A DNA stretch of 63,806 nucleotides, counting the filler, from Welwitschia mirabilis (lineage: Eukaryota): NCBI GenBank assembly GCA_051453625.1. It is 8 parts of one record of this genome, joined end to end, with 100 filler letters (N's around TTAATTAATTAA, not from the genome) between each part and the next. Parts side by side here need not be neighbours in the genome. Positions count along the whole stretch, not along the records: positions 10,201 to 30,110 come from JBOZIK010000001.1; 7 more parts are not named here. One strand, given 5' to 3'. Positions 13,201-24,569 of this stretch are shown here, in pieces. The translations under genes were made by a program, and so were the position numbers. Each line of letters starts with the position of its first letter. Position 1 is the first letter of the stretch. Under the pieces are notes generated by a model, which was given only the letters and a program-made list of their open reading frames with translations, did not search any database and was not told the origin of the DNA.

Positions 13201-16200
13201 ATGAAGAGCATTACTGAAGGGAAAGGTCTAGAATTAAGTGCTACAAGAAGGGGACAAGCATACTAAATTTATATTCTAATAGAATAATCAACACTAGATA
13301 AATAATAGAATCAAGAAGCTCATAATCAATAAACAAGTGATTAAAGATGATAAGGACATTACTGTAGAAATGAAGATCCATCTCAAAAACATATGGAATG
13401 GGAAGATATCATCCTTGAACTAATTTAGATAGATAAGAAAATTTGTAATGAGGATAATGCAAGCCTAAACAAGTCAATAGGCAAGAAAGAAGTACAAGTA
13501 GTAATTCAATTAATGAAGAATAACAAAGCCCTTGGGCCAAACAGGTGACTAGTAGAATTATTCAAGTCTCATTTATCCCTCATAAGAGATATCCTTCATG
13601 ACATTAAATAAGAAATCTTCACCAACAAGCACATTCCGATAGAGATTGACAAGACTCAAGTACTTGTAATATTTTGTACAAAATCTTTGTAAACAAATCA
13701 TAGGACTATAAACCCTTAGGTATTTGAAATATTCTATACAAAATCTTCATAAAAATAATGGTAGGTTGTATTACCTCCTACCTCCCAAGGTGATCTCTGT
13801 GAATCAAGTTGGCTTTATCTAATCTAGGTACATTTAAGATCAAATCCTTCTAACTCAAAAAATTATTCATTCTATCAAAAAACATAAATTTCCTTTACTT
13901 CTTGCTAAATTNNNNNNNNNNNNNNNNNNNNNNNNNNNNNNNNNNNNNNNNNNNNNNNNNNNNNNNNNNNNNNNNNNNNNNNNNNNNNNNNNNNNNNNNN
14001 NNNNNNNNNNNGGTACATTTAAGATCAAATCCTTCTAACTCACAAAATTATTCATTCTGTCAAAAAACATAAATTTCCTTTACTTCTTGCTAAATTAGAC
14101 ATAGAAAAGGCCTATGATTATGTGATCTAGAAAGCCTTCAGTTCTATCTTAAAGAAAACTAGCTTTAACTTTGATAACACTAACATCTGGTGAAACATGC
14201 AAGCTTTACCCAACTTCATCATAGAGGTTAATAGCTATAGATCTAAAGTTTTCTTAGTAGGCCACAGATTAAGGTAGGNNNNNNNNNNNNNNNNNNNNNN
14301 NNNNNNNNNNNNNNNNNNNNNNNNNNNNNAAATTCTCAAAAGGAATAGATTCTCAGGGATTAAAATAGAAAGCTAAATGTTCATTAATAATCACTACACA
14401 GATGATATAAACATCATAATTCAAGGCTCCTATCAATAGGCAAAAGCCACTAAAAACACTATAAACCTCTTTGCTAAGGCCACAGAACTCTGGACTAACT
14501 AGAATAATTCTAAAATACATATCCTTGACAAAAGCATTAGGAAGAGGAGTGATATTGCTAGAATCTTAGATGCTAAGATGGGGAATCTATAAGACATCTA
14601 TCTATGAATTCTGCTTAGAAATTAGCATAAGTCCCTAACTTGGAACCTTATCTTAGAGAATATTCAAAGGAAATTCAATACTTGATTCTTTCAAAAGTCA
14701 AGATTATCTCAGTAAATACCTAACTAATTTCTTTTTCAGGAATTTAGCCTCCATTGTTCCCCTCCCCCTTTCTTTTGTCAAGTTTATNNNNNNNNNNNNN
14801 NNNNNNNNNNNNNNNNNNNNNNNNNNNNNNNNNNNNNNNNNNNNNNNNNNNNNNNNNNNNNNNNNNNNNNNNNNNNNNNNNNNNNNNTGATATCACTAAC
14901 ATCTCGTGAAACATGCAAGCTTTACCCAACTTCAGCATAGAGGTTAATAGCTATAGATCTGAAGTTTTCTTAGTAGGTCACAGATTAAGGTAGGAGAACC
15001 CTTTATCCCCTTATCTCTTTCTATTTGTTATGAATTTTTTATAGGAAATGCTCAAAAGGAATAGAGTCTCAGGGATTGAAATAGAAAGCTAAATGTTCAT
15101 TAATAATCACAACATAGATGATATATTCCTCATGATTCAAGCCTCCTATCAATAGGCAAAAGCCACTAAAAACACTATAAACCTCTTTGCTAAGGCCACA
15201 GAACTTGGGACTAACTAGAATAAGTCTAGAATACATATCCTTGACAAAAGCATCAGGAAGAGGAGTGATATTGCTAGAATCTTAGATGCTAAGATGGGGG
15301 ATCTATAAGACATCTATCTATGAATTCTCCTCAGAAATTGGCATAAGTCCCTAACTTGGAACCTTATCTTGGAGAATATTCAAAGGAAATTTAATACTTG
15401 ATTCTTTCAAAAGTCAAGATTATCTCAGTAAATACCTATCTAATTGCTTTTTCAGGAATTTAGCCTCCATTGTTCCCCTCCCCCTTTCTTTTGTCAAGTT
15501 TATTATTAAAAAAATCAACAAAATGCTAAGGGAGTTCATCTAGTCTAAAAAAAAGGACAAAAGTTGCATTCATCTCTATAATGAAATCTTCTTGCTTGTC
15601 CTAAGGATGCAAGATGTTAAGGAATTCATAAACTAGAAGAGTGCTTACTCAAGTGACCTCACAAAATCATAAGGAAACTACTTATAGAAGGACAACCTTA
15701 GAGTAAACTAATCAATTATAAATACTCATACTAGACTACAAATGTAGAGGAGTATTATATTTGGAAGCATCTATCAAAATCCAAACGAGATTTAATCGAG
15801 CTAAATACACTTACTAATGACATAGCTAAATATATACTAATTAAGAAATATGGTAAAGATGAAGTTAATAGATGATTCTAGTGGGGGTAGATCCTTGATA
15901 AGATTAAGATCTTCTACTAGCTCAAAGGTCATTATAGACTATTAATAAGAGACTAGTTAATCAAACATGGCATCTAAGTTTCCTCTACATGTCTGATTTG
16001 CTAGTCAAATCAAGAAGATATTTACCATCTCTTCCATTACTGTAAGTGAAGAACAGACTTAATGGAATTCATAATAACTTATTACAAGACTAAATAGGAA
16101 ACTAAAAGGTAGATACTGAATGGGATTTGCCTGAAATTTTGGTAGATTTAGTGTACCTGCAATGATCTAATTTTTAGTAATACCCCTTCCTCTTCCCTAT

Positions 16201-16523
16201 TAATATAACAAGAAGAATTTGGTGGTATNNNNNNNNNNNNNNNNNNNNNNNNNNNNNNNNNNNNNNNNNNNNNNNNNNNNNNNNNNNNNNNNNNNNNNNN
16301 NNNNNNNNNNNNNNNNNNNNNNNNNNNNTAGGAAACTACAAGGTAGATACTGGATGGGATTTGCCTGAAAATTTGGTAGATTTAGTGTACCCGCAATGAT
16401 CTAATTTTTAGTAATACCCCTTTCTCTTCCCTATTAATATAACAAGAAGAATTTTGTGGTATCACTTGTAAATTAGATGGCAATGGGATTACTCTGATGT
16501 ATGAACCAATAAATCTAAGCCTT

Positions 16524-16965
16524 TTTTAGGGATGCTCGGCTCTATGGGATAAGGTGCAGCACCTAGGATAGGAATACCTACTATAAAAACTAAAGGGGAA
16601 GACTGATTATGATATTACTCCATTTTAGAGATGATGAAAAGCAGATATAACTACCTTTAAAAGAATTTCAATTGAAGTTAGTGAGGAATCTTTGGCCTAT
16701 CTTTGAAAAATTTTCTTAATTACAAAGGGTAAAGAGTGGCCTTCCATTTATTCTTAGGAGGCATTCCTAAACTTTCCAGTGGCCACATAAGTAAAAAAGC
16801 ACTTCCACCTCCTATGGCTTAGAGGCTAAGTTAGTGGACAAATACTTTAATTAGTCAGGCTAATGCTTGAAGCTATCCAATTTGCACTTTATTTTTCTTA
16901 AGGCCCCAGACCAAGGGAATCATGTTAACTTGCCTTAATTTTTCATTCAAATGTTGAGAAAGAAG
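16524..16965 (+). pseudogene. PMD/Transposase_32-like accessory domain in LINE copy A
   Basis: GCSALWDKVQHLG*EYLL*KLKG...ITPF*R...ISIEVSEESLA...HISKKALPPP...KLVDKYFN*SG*CLKLSNLHFIFLKA...VNLP*FFIQML aligns collinearly with copy B 41626-42132. Confidence 0.65.
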
Positions 16966-17461
16966 GATAATACCTAGCACTTTAAACTTATAATGGCTCT
17001 TTGGAGAGGTAGGAGGGACTCTAAGGTGAGTAGGGAGGCTCCCTCCTCTTTCCCACACTGTAGGATAATGACTAAGGCCCAATAGCCAAAGGGGGAAAAA
17101 AGAAAACTAAAAATGACAAAGTTCTCAAGAAGAGTAACAGAATGAGCTGGGTGTTTTACAACCTCAGAGGAAGATGACTTCGCTTCTATCTGAGGAAATT
17201 CATGAATAGGTAGAATCGATTCCACCTCCCCATGAAGATTATATGATAAAATAAAAGGAGGAGCAGGTCTAGCTTGAGCAGGATCAAGAGAAAATCCCTT
17301 ATAAGAAGTTAGAAAGCTCAGAGTCTAGTAAGGAGACAAAGTTATAAAACCAAATAAATTCCAATATAGAGAGAGAAAATTAGACTGTACAAAAAAACAT
17401 TGATATCGAGCAAGCAATGAGGGAGGCTTTGCATGTTACAATTTGAGGGATGAAGAGATGC

Positions 17462-17681
17462 TCCTTCCTGATCCTTAGCATCATTCACAGAGCTTATCTA
17501 AGTATCATCAAATTGAGCTTTTAGAAGAAGGCATTTGAAACTTCATCCTAATAAGAATAAAGTAGGAGCAAAGAAGTTTAAAGAGGTGAACCAGGCCTTT
17601 GAGGCCCTGATGGATGAAATGGGTTAGCTTCTGATCAAGTGCCACCATACTCACTTATTCCCAAGTTGTAGGGGATATTAA
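17462..17681 (+). pseudogene. DnaJ J-domain at the 3' end of LINE copy A (stops, 1-nt frameshift)
   Basis: SFLILSIIHRAYLSIIKLSF*KKA / LKLHPNKNKVGAKKFKEVNQAFEALMD...LFPSCRGY* matches J-domain helix II, the HPD loop (here HPN, one G>A change) and helix III. Confidence 0.8.
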
Positions 17682-18229
17682 TCTGTCATTTTCTCCTAGT
17701 TTCATCTCAGTTTTTCCTAATTCTATTGTTAATCACATTAGTAATAGGATTGAGACCTGTCCATCTAATTTTTGCTATTAATGCCTTTTGTTTTCATTCT
17801 AGTATTGTCCACGATATTACTCTGTGGATTTGTTATGTTATAGTCACATTTCCTTGTACTTCCTTACAAATGGGTGCTTTCATCCCATTATCTATAATTA
17901 CTACTTTCTAATATAAATTTGATTTTACTATTTTAAAAAGAAAAAAAAAGGAAATAACTAATTTGGTCAAGAAACAACCAATTTGAAATGTCTTTGGGAT
18001 TAACTTGATCATGTAGCTATGGAATGAAGACATGGATTTAGAGAAAGTGATTTAAAACCCCATTCCACTTTAGATTAAATCTTTAAGTTTTCCTATCTAT
18101 TTTTAACCACTATGAATGTTCTATCTATTTAAATTGAATATTTTTCCCTTTTTTTTAATTATAAGTAAGTAAGCTTTTGTGTCATATGATTGTCTAGCAA
18201 CACTTGGGATTATAACATAAGGATGCAAC

Positions 18230-18315
18230 ACAATATTCTCAAACCTACCAACATGGAGGCTTGAACTCTAAACCTCTAGGTCCATACGTCCATGATCTTA
18301 TCACTAAAGTAAGCA
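18230..18315 (-). mobile_element. Possible degenerate tRNA-derived SINE head
   Basis: On the minus strand, an A-box-like tactttagtga lies about 35 nt before a B-box-like gagttcaagcc. Confidence 0.3.
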
Positions 18316-18349
18316 TTCATTAACTAAATTGCAAAATTTATTAGCATGA

Positions 18350-21300
18350 AATCATTCACAGGTTTTCATGTTAAGCCAACTTAAAGGGTTTGTATTATAG
18401 TGGATATGATAGTATACTTACCTAAATCTATTAGAGTTTCTATTAATGGAATGGATATTATTTGAAAAGTTACTTATCTTACTATGCCTAGTCAACACTA
18501 TTATCACAAGGAACTAGATCATATGTGGGAATACTATCCCAGATTATTAAGTAAATATGAGGTAGAGAGGATTTTAGTTAAAAAAGTGGCAAACGAAATT
18601 CATGATTAAAGAAGCATAAATGATTCACTAGTTAACTCTTTTGAGGAGTAGGTTACTAAAAAGAGTAACAAAAAATAGTTACTGAGTTCATCTGAGAATC
18701 CTAAGGTTGATGCTAATACAAAAGTAAAAGCACATCAAATTTAAAATCTAAATGATATGTTTATTAAAGTAAACATTTTAGGAAATGTTTTAGTTTTAAA
18801 TAGCAAATATTTAAAGCAAATAACAAACAATAATAAATGACAAATAATAAGGAAGAAGTCATATGTGAAATTAATTAGAATAAATCCCTTGTTCAACTCC
18901 ATAGGATTCAACAATACATTAGTTAGATCAAGTTGCAGATCATTTAGTCAATCTAAAGGACAAAGTAGGATAACTTCCAATAGCTTTAAATACTAAAATT
19001 CATTCAAATAGCTTGAGGATAAGAGGTCCTTTCATCCTTGAGTTTCCTCATGAGATTTATTTCATGGAACATCTGTGGACTCTCAAATACTTGATGAAAA
19101 TATATTGTTTGAAAATATATTTTAAGAAAGNNNNNNNNNNNNNNNNNNNNNNNNNNNNNNNNNNNNNNNNNNNNNNNNNNNNNNNNNNNNNNNNNNNNNN
19201 NNNNNNNNNNNNNNNNNNNNNNNNNNNNNNTTGATGAAAATATATTGTTTGAGAATATATTTTAAGAAAGAAAATTTATGTGCTTTTCTTGCAAAAGGTT
19301 AGGATTCAAAACTACAATTTTCAAGTAAGTTATAATATCATTGCTTCTAATAGTATATATTTCCCCTTCTATCCTAATCACCAAGGATAAAAAGGAGGAG
19401 TTATTATTCTTTTTGATAAAAAACTAAAAATTATATTGTTGATTATGGAAGGGAACCTAAGGAAAATTGTGTTTATGTATGTTTGAAATCACATAATTTT
19501 ATTTTTATTTTTTTAATGGATTTATGCTTCTTGCATTTGTAAAAATCATTGTTATTTGTGGAATTAGCTTCATGTTTCTTAATGCTACTTGGTCAGTTGT
19601 GGGTGACTTTAATATGATAAAGAATGAGGTGGATGAATGGAGTGGTAGAAAAGGTATTTTACAGAAAATGTAACTTGATAATTAGATGCAATTCAAAGGA
19701 ATATTTCATCTTTAAAACGCCAAGTGGAGTTAATGACTATATAAATGACAAATGGTTTATTATGAATACTACAAGGAAAGGAATAAAGTTCATTACTTCT
19801 AGCTTAGATTATGCTTATATTACCATTAATGAGAATGTTCAATTATCCAAAATAAAAAACTTTCAATCTTTACTAATTACACTCAAGTGCTTTTTGATCA
19901 CTTTTCTATTTCTCAGTTAATTCAGTTTATAGAAGTAGCATGTATATGTAAAGATATTTACATCTTTAACACAACTCTTCTTTATATGACTCTCTATGTA
20001 AGCTTTTCCCTTAAATATAAAATCTTGATCCTTAACCTATTAGGAGGGGTGGTTGGATAAGTTGGTAAAATGATGGTGTTAGTCACATTCAATGTATACA
20101 TTATGATTAATTAGTGGCATTTAACATAAACTCATACTAATAGAATGTTGTTTCATATGTTAATTTCTACCAAAGACATCTTAATGCAAGGCATAGAACA
20201 CAAATGAATTTTAATCTTCTTCAAATTTCAGAGGAGAATCTTAAGCAAGTGTAACATTATTCGGGTAGAAGCGCACATCTTTATGCTTGTCTACTTAGTT
20301 ACATATAAAGGATTAAAGTTATCTTTATTTTTTTAATTTTCTAAGAGGTAAGCATTCACTTCCTTATTCTAAGGCTATTAATGATGAGAATAGTACTAAT
20401 AATTCTCAAGAAAATGTCCTTAAAGCCTTTCATAATTATTATTCCAGTCTTTTTTCAGCTACTCATGTGAATGATGGAGCCATTAAGAGATGTTTTAAAG
20501 CTCTTAATCCTTTTAATTAAAGCATTTTTTGTAAAGATAGTTCTTTATCTAGAGAATAATTTCTAAATTCTTTATAGCAACTTAAAAATGGATAAGCTTC
20601 TAGCATTGATGGTCTACATATGAAATTCTACAAGTTCTTTTGCAATAACATTAGGAGTGACACTTATAATGTTTATATTAAATGTCTTGACAAAGGATTT
20701 TTAGGGATTACCTTAACATTGGATTACTAAAGCTTCTTTCCACAATAAGTGACTTAGATAACATTAATCATTAGAGATCCATCACAATTTGCAAGGTCAT
20801 TTATAAAATCATTACCAATTCTCTTACTAATAGGTTGAAAAAATTGCTTCTTACTGTTATCAACAAAGATCAAACAGGTTTCATATAGAATAAATTAACT
20901 CTAGATAATGTTATTATAGTTGTAAAGTTTATGAATTAGGAATTCAATACTTCTCAAAATGTAATTCTTCTTAAACTAGACTTTGCCAAGGCTCATGATC
21001 ATCTTGATTAGTACTTCCTTTGAAGGTGGTTTGACATCAATGATTAGAATAAACCTTTAAAAGATGTGTAAATGCTATTAGCTAATGCTACATCTATTAT
21101 TTGTATGCATGGAGTATTCTTCTCTTTCATTCATTTTGAGATATGTATTAGATAAGGTTTCCTATCGAGTTCTTATTTTTTTTTATTATTAATCTAGATG
21201 CTTTAGGTGCTTTCCTAAAGGCTAACAATATGTGAGCTCATCCTTAACATATTGCTCTTCTTAATGAAGACATGGTTCTTCATTGTTAACTTACAACGAT

Positions 21301-22800
21301 ACTTTTCTCTTAGGTACCGAAATTGATTTTAAAGTGATAATTGACACTATTGATATTAACTTCCATGCTTTTGGTCCTAATATCAATTGGGAAAAAACAA
21401 AAGCCATTCATTCCAATTTTTACTAATTGCTTATCGTAAACTCTTAAGTATAATATCCACTAGCTTTCTTCTAATGATTATTTTATGCTCCTAGAGATCC
21501 ATCTAGCTTTAGTTAACACTTCCATGGCTATGTGGGAAAGGCTTATGAATAAAGTGAAACCTAAAGGTTTAAAATAAGTAGTTAAACATTTATCTCTAGC
21601 TAGAAGAGTTATTGTTTACTTTGATATTCTTAGCACAATTTCGATGTGTTATGCTTCTATTATGGCTTCTTCTATATTTTTCCATGATTCTGTTAATTAG
21701 ATAATTCCATGTTACTTATGGAAAAATTTCAATAACCACAAATTTTTCAATAGGATAACTTGGAGCACTTGTCAAGGAGCATGGCGGCTCATGAATCTAT
21801 TCCTTGGAAAATCAAGATTTTATTTTGGGTAGCCAAATGGATCATTAGGTCTTTAAGGGGAAAGAAACATGGAAAGCCTAGTTATTTGTAAAGATGCCAC
21901 AGAATGCATTGAATTCACTCAATTTTTTCATCTACTGAAATTTAAATGTAAGGTTTTCATGTGTTTTAACAAATTTGGAAATGCTAGCAAAAGGTCAAAG
22001 CATACCTTTCATGGAACCCTATGGGTTAACTCTTGATAGTTTTCAAACTCTTTCTCGTTATGATCTCTAGCCTTCAATATTGACAATAACCTTTTTGGCA
22101 CTTATTTTGAAAATAGAGTTAACAGCTTGGTGAAATTTGGTTTAATTCATCTTAATCAACTTATTTCTTGCAATGATGGTAATTATAGTGTTAGATGGTT
22201 AGCTCTTTAAACTATTGAAAATATTATGATGAAGCACAATTGGCAGATTAACTGTATAGATTGGTAGGAATATTGAAAATAGCCAGATGATACTACTTTT
22301 TGTAACTCTCCCCACTAGAAGGCTTAGTTATGGTTTAGCAATTTTCAAAATACTCGGCAACTAATGATTGGCAAATGGAATAGTGATTGGTTTGAGAACT
22401 AATGGAAAGCATTGTTTCATGCTCTCTAGAATTCTAAGGTCCATCTTAAACATAAAGTTTTTTTTTGGTGTCTTATGAATTAAGCCTTGCCTATTGGTCA
22501 TTATTTTCAACAGTATGAAATTAGTCAACCTATTTGTCCTACTTGCTAAAGTGAAGATAGTTTTCAACATATTTTTTAGAATAGTTTGGCAATGAATTTA
22601 TAGAGTTGGTTGCAATGTTTACTTCATCTTAGAACTCCTCTTGCCTGTTCAAATTCTATTTTACTCCAAAATATGGTTGATTGAGATTGCATTTTATTTG
22701 ACATGCTACTATCAAGTATGACACAATGATAAAACCTTTGATAACTCCATAGTTAGAATGAAAGTGTCACTTCTCAAAATAGTTACTTTACTATATAAAG
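18350..22800 (+). mobile_element. Heavily degraded LINE of a second family (L1/Tx1-like EN-RT)
   Basis: EN WSVVGDFNMI (about 19590); RT KNG*ASSIDGLHMKFYKFF (20585), DQTGFI (20868), LKLDFAKAHD (20970), INWEKTK (21382). Many stops. Ends just upstream of the host gene promoter. Confidence 0.75.
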
Positions 22801-22929
22801 CCATTAAAGCTCCTCATAAAAATAAATTTAAGATAATACTTTTTCTTATTTTACTATAATAAATAACCCATCTTGATCATTATAATTATAAGTATTTTTT
22901 TGGGCTTTTTCTGGCTTTTTGCCCTCTAA

Positions 22930-23270
22930 TTGGCTTGCTATAGCTTAACTGTCCCCGGGCAACCTCCAAAAACAAAAAGGCCGTCGAAAGCACCGAGGCA
23001 AATGCAATTCGTGGTCTCACAGAGGTCGTATGAAACCGAGGCTGCTTTGCGGTCTCAGGCGAAAAATCCTCTTTGAAANNNNNNNNNNNNNNNNNNNNNN
23101 NNNNNNNNNNNNNNNNNNNNNNNNNNNNNNNNNNNNNNNNNNNNNNNNNNNNNNNNNNNNNNNNNNNNNNNNNNNNNNGGGGTTCTTTTGTGAAAGAACA
23201 GAAAGGCTGACTGTTCGACGCCGAAAATCTCGGCCGAGAGTTTTCGAAATTGCTGTTTTTTTCAACAGAA
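22930..23270 (+). promoter_or_regulatory. CpG-retaining promoter/5' UTR region of the NYN gene
   Basis: Sharp local rise in GC and intact CpG (ccgtcg, accgag, cgacgccg, cggccg) against CpG-depleted flanks, immediately 5' of the ATG at 23271. Interrupted by a 100-N gap. Confidence 0.5.
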
Positions 23271-23511
23271 ATGCCAGACGAGGAGGAATTCGCAATAGCA
23301 AAGATTTCAGTATGGTGGGACATTGAGAATTGTCATGTTCCAAAGGGCGTGGATTCTCATTCCATTGCTCAAAACATAAGGTCCGCCCTCTCAAAGCTGG
23401 GCTACAAGGGATCTGTTTCAATTACTGCTTATGGCGACACCAAACATCTCTCTTCGTCTGTGCAAAAGGCTCTTACTGAAACTGGTGTAACCCTCCATCA
23501 CGTTCCTTCAG
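23271..23511 (+). CDS. NYN-domain (limkain-b1/MARF1-like) endoribonuclease, coding exon 1
   Basis: [26 protein letters not shown]...IRSAL...ITAYGD...HHVPS; WWDIENC is the NYN N-terminal motif. Phase-1 donor G|GTTCTC at 23511/23512. Confidence 0.93.
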
Positions 23512-24569
23512 GTTCTCCAATCTCTCTTTTTCCTAGTTTGCCCTTTTATAGGAAAAGTGAACTGTAGGGTTAGTGGACTGCTTCTTCTGTAGTAGTTGTG
23601 ATTAGAGGCAATACACTGTTAAAAATAAAGACTTCTGAGCATCATTAATCGTTTTGAAAATATTGTAACAAAGACTTCGTTTAGTGTTTTTCGAAAAAGA
23701 GAACTTATAACTTTGGTTTTTGGAAGACCTTCTTTATGTGATTCAAACAAGCAGTGCAATTTATGTTTCTGTTCCTTTTTTGCTATATTGCAAACTAAGA
23801 ATAGAAAGCAGTATGATATTTTTCTTGTTGTAAGCAGAATATCAGTCACTGAATTTTACATTATGGTCTAGAATGAAGCATGATTCTTTATCTTTTTCTT
23901 TGCCTTTTGTTTTCAAAAAGTTCAGGAATATTAGTCACAATTTTATCACCATTAAATCTTAAAGGATTTCGTCCAGCAAAGAAATGTTACAGTGAAAGTT
24001 TAAATGTTGCTAAGTCGTGAGTCGTGACCCTTTTGTCACCATTGTTTCTTAGCGATTTTCATCAAAAGAAGAAAAATGATGAAACAATAAAAATTTAAGA
24101 GAGCGTTTCTGGAATGATACTGTAAGTCATGTAGTGTTTAATATTAACATTGTGTTAGATACGCCTGTAACGTAGTGGACTAGTGGTGTTTCCATCGTTA
24201 TAAATATAGCTTATAAACGTATTGGGGTTTGACTGTTTGAGCCACTCAAGAGTTCATGCATCCCTACCTTTTCTGTTTTGACTTATGATAGCCTTATCTT
24301 ATATCTATTTTTTTCCTCAAAAACTTAAATGATTTTAGTTTGAATTTCATTAATATTTCTATCCAACCATTTTCAATGCAAGTATATTCAATATTTCTCT
24401 TCCTTCTTAACATACAATATTTCGTATATGTTTCCAAGATCCTTAGATAAATCTTGGATAAAGACTAGGTGCCAAATGATGAATACGTTTATGCTTAAAA
24501 CTGATTAAATACAAAAAGCCATAAAACATTCTTGAGCTTTGTATTGGGATGATTTATAATGGATTCTGG

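Larger units (their letters stand above)
10947..17951 (+). mobile_element. Near-full-length degenerate L1-like LINE, copy A (ORF1, EN-RT-zf-RVT, accessory domain, J-domain)
   Basis: ORF1 LPIWI*IHRFLLEF*DEDLL (about 11490, DUF4283/zf-CCHC type); EN LFWNYRGLG (12240) and MSRID (12777); RT KAYD and PLSPYLFLFVM (14100, 15000); W*I*CTRNDLIF (16370); A-rich tail 17935-17949; candidate 9-bp TSD aaataacta at 10938-10946 and 17952-17960. Confidence 0.9.

Noticed and set aside
23250-23567. Single-exon 105-aa ORF and 342-aa ORF (34844-35872) as two separate genes
   Set aside because: They are exons of one spliced gene; the TTG starts and read-through tails are ORF-caller artefacts.
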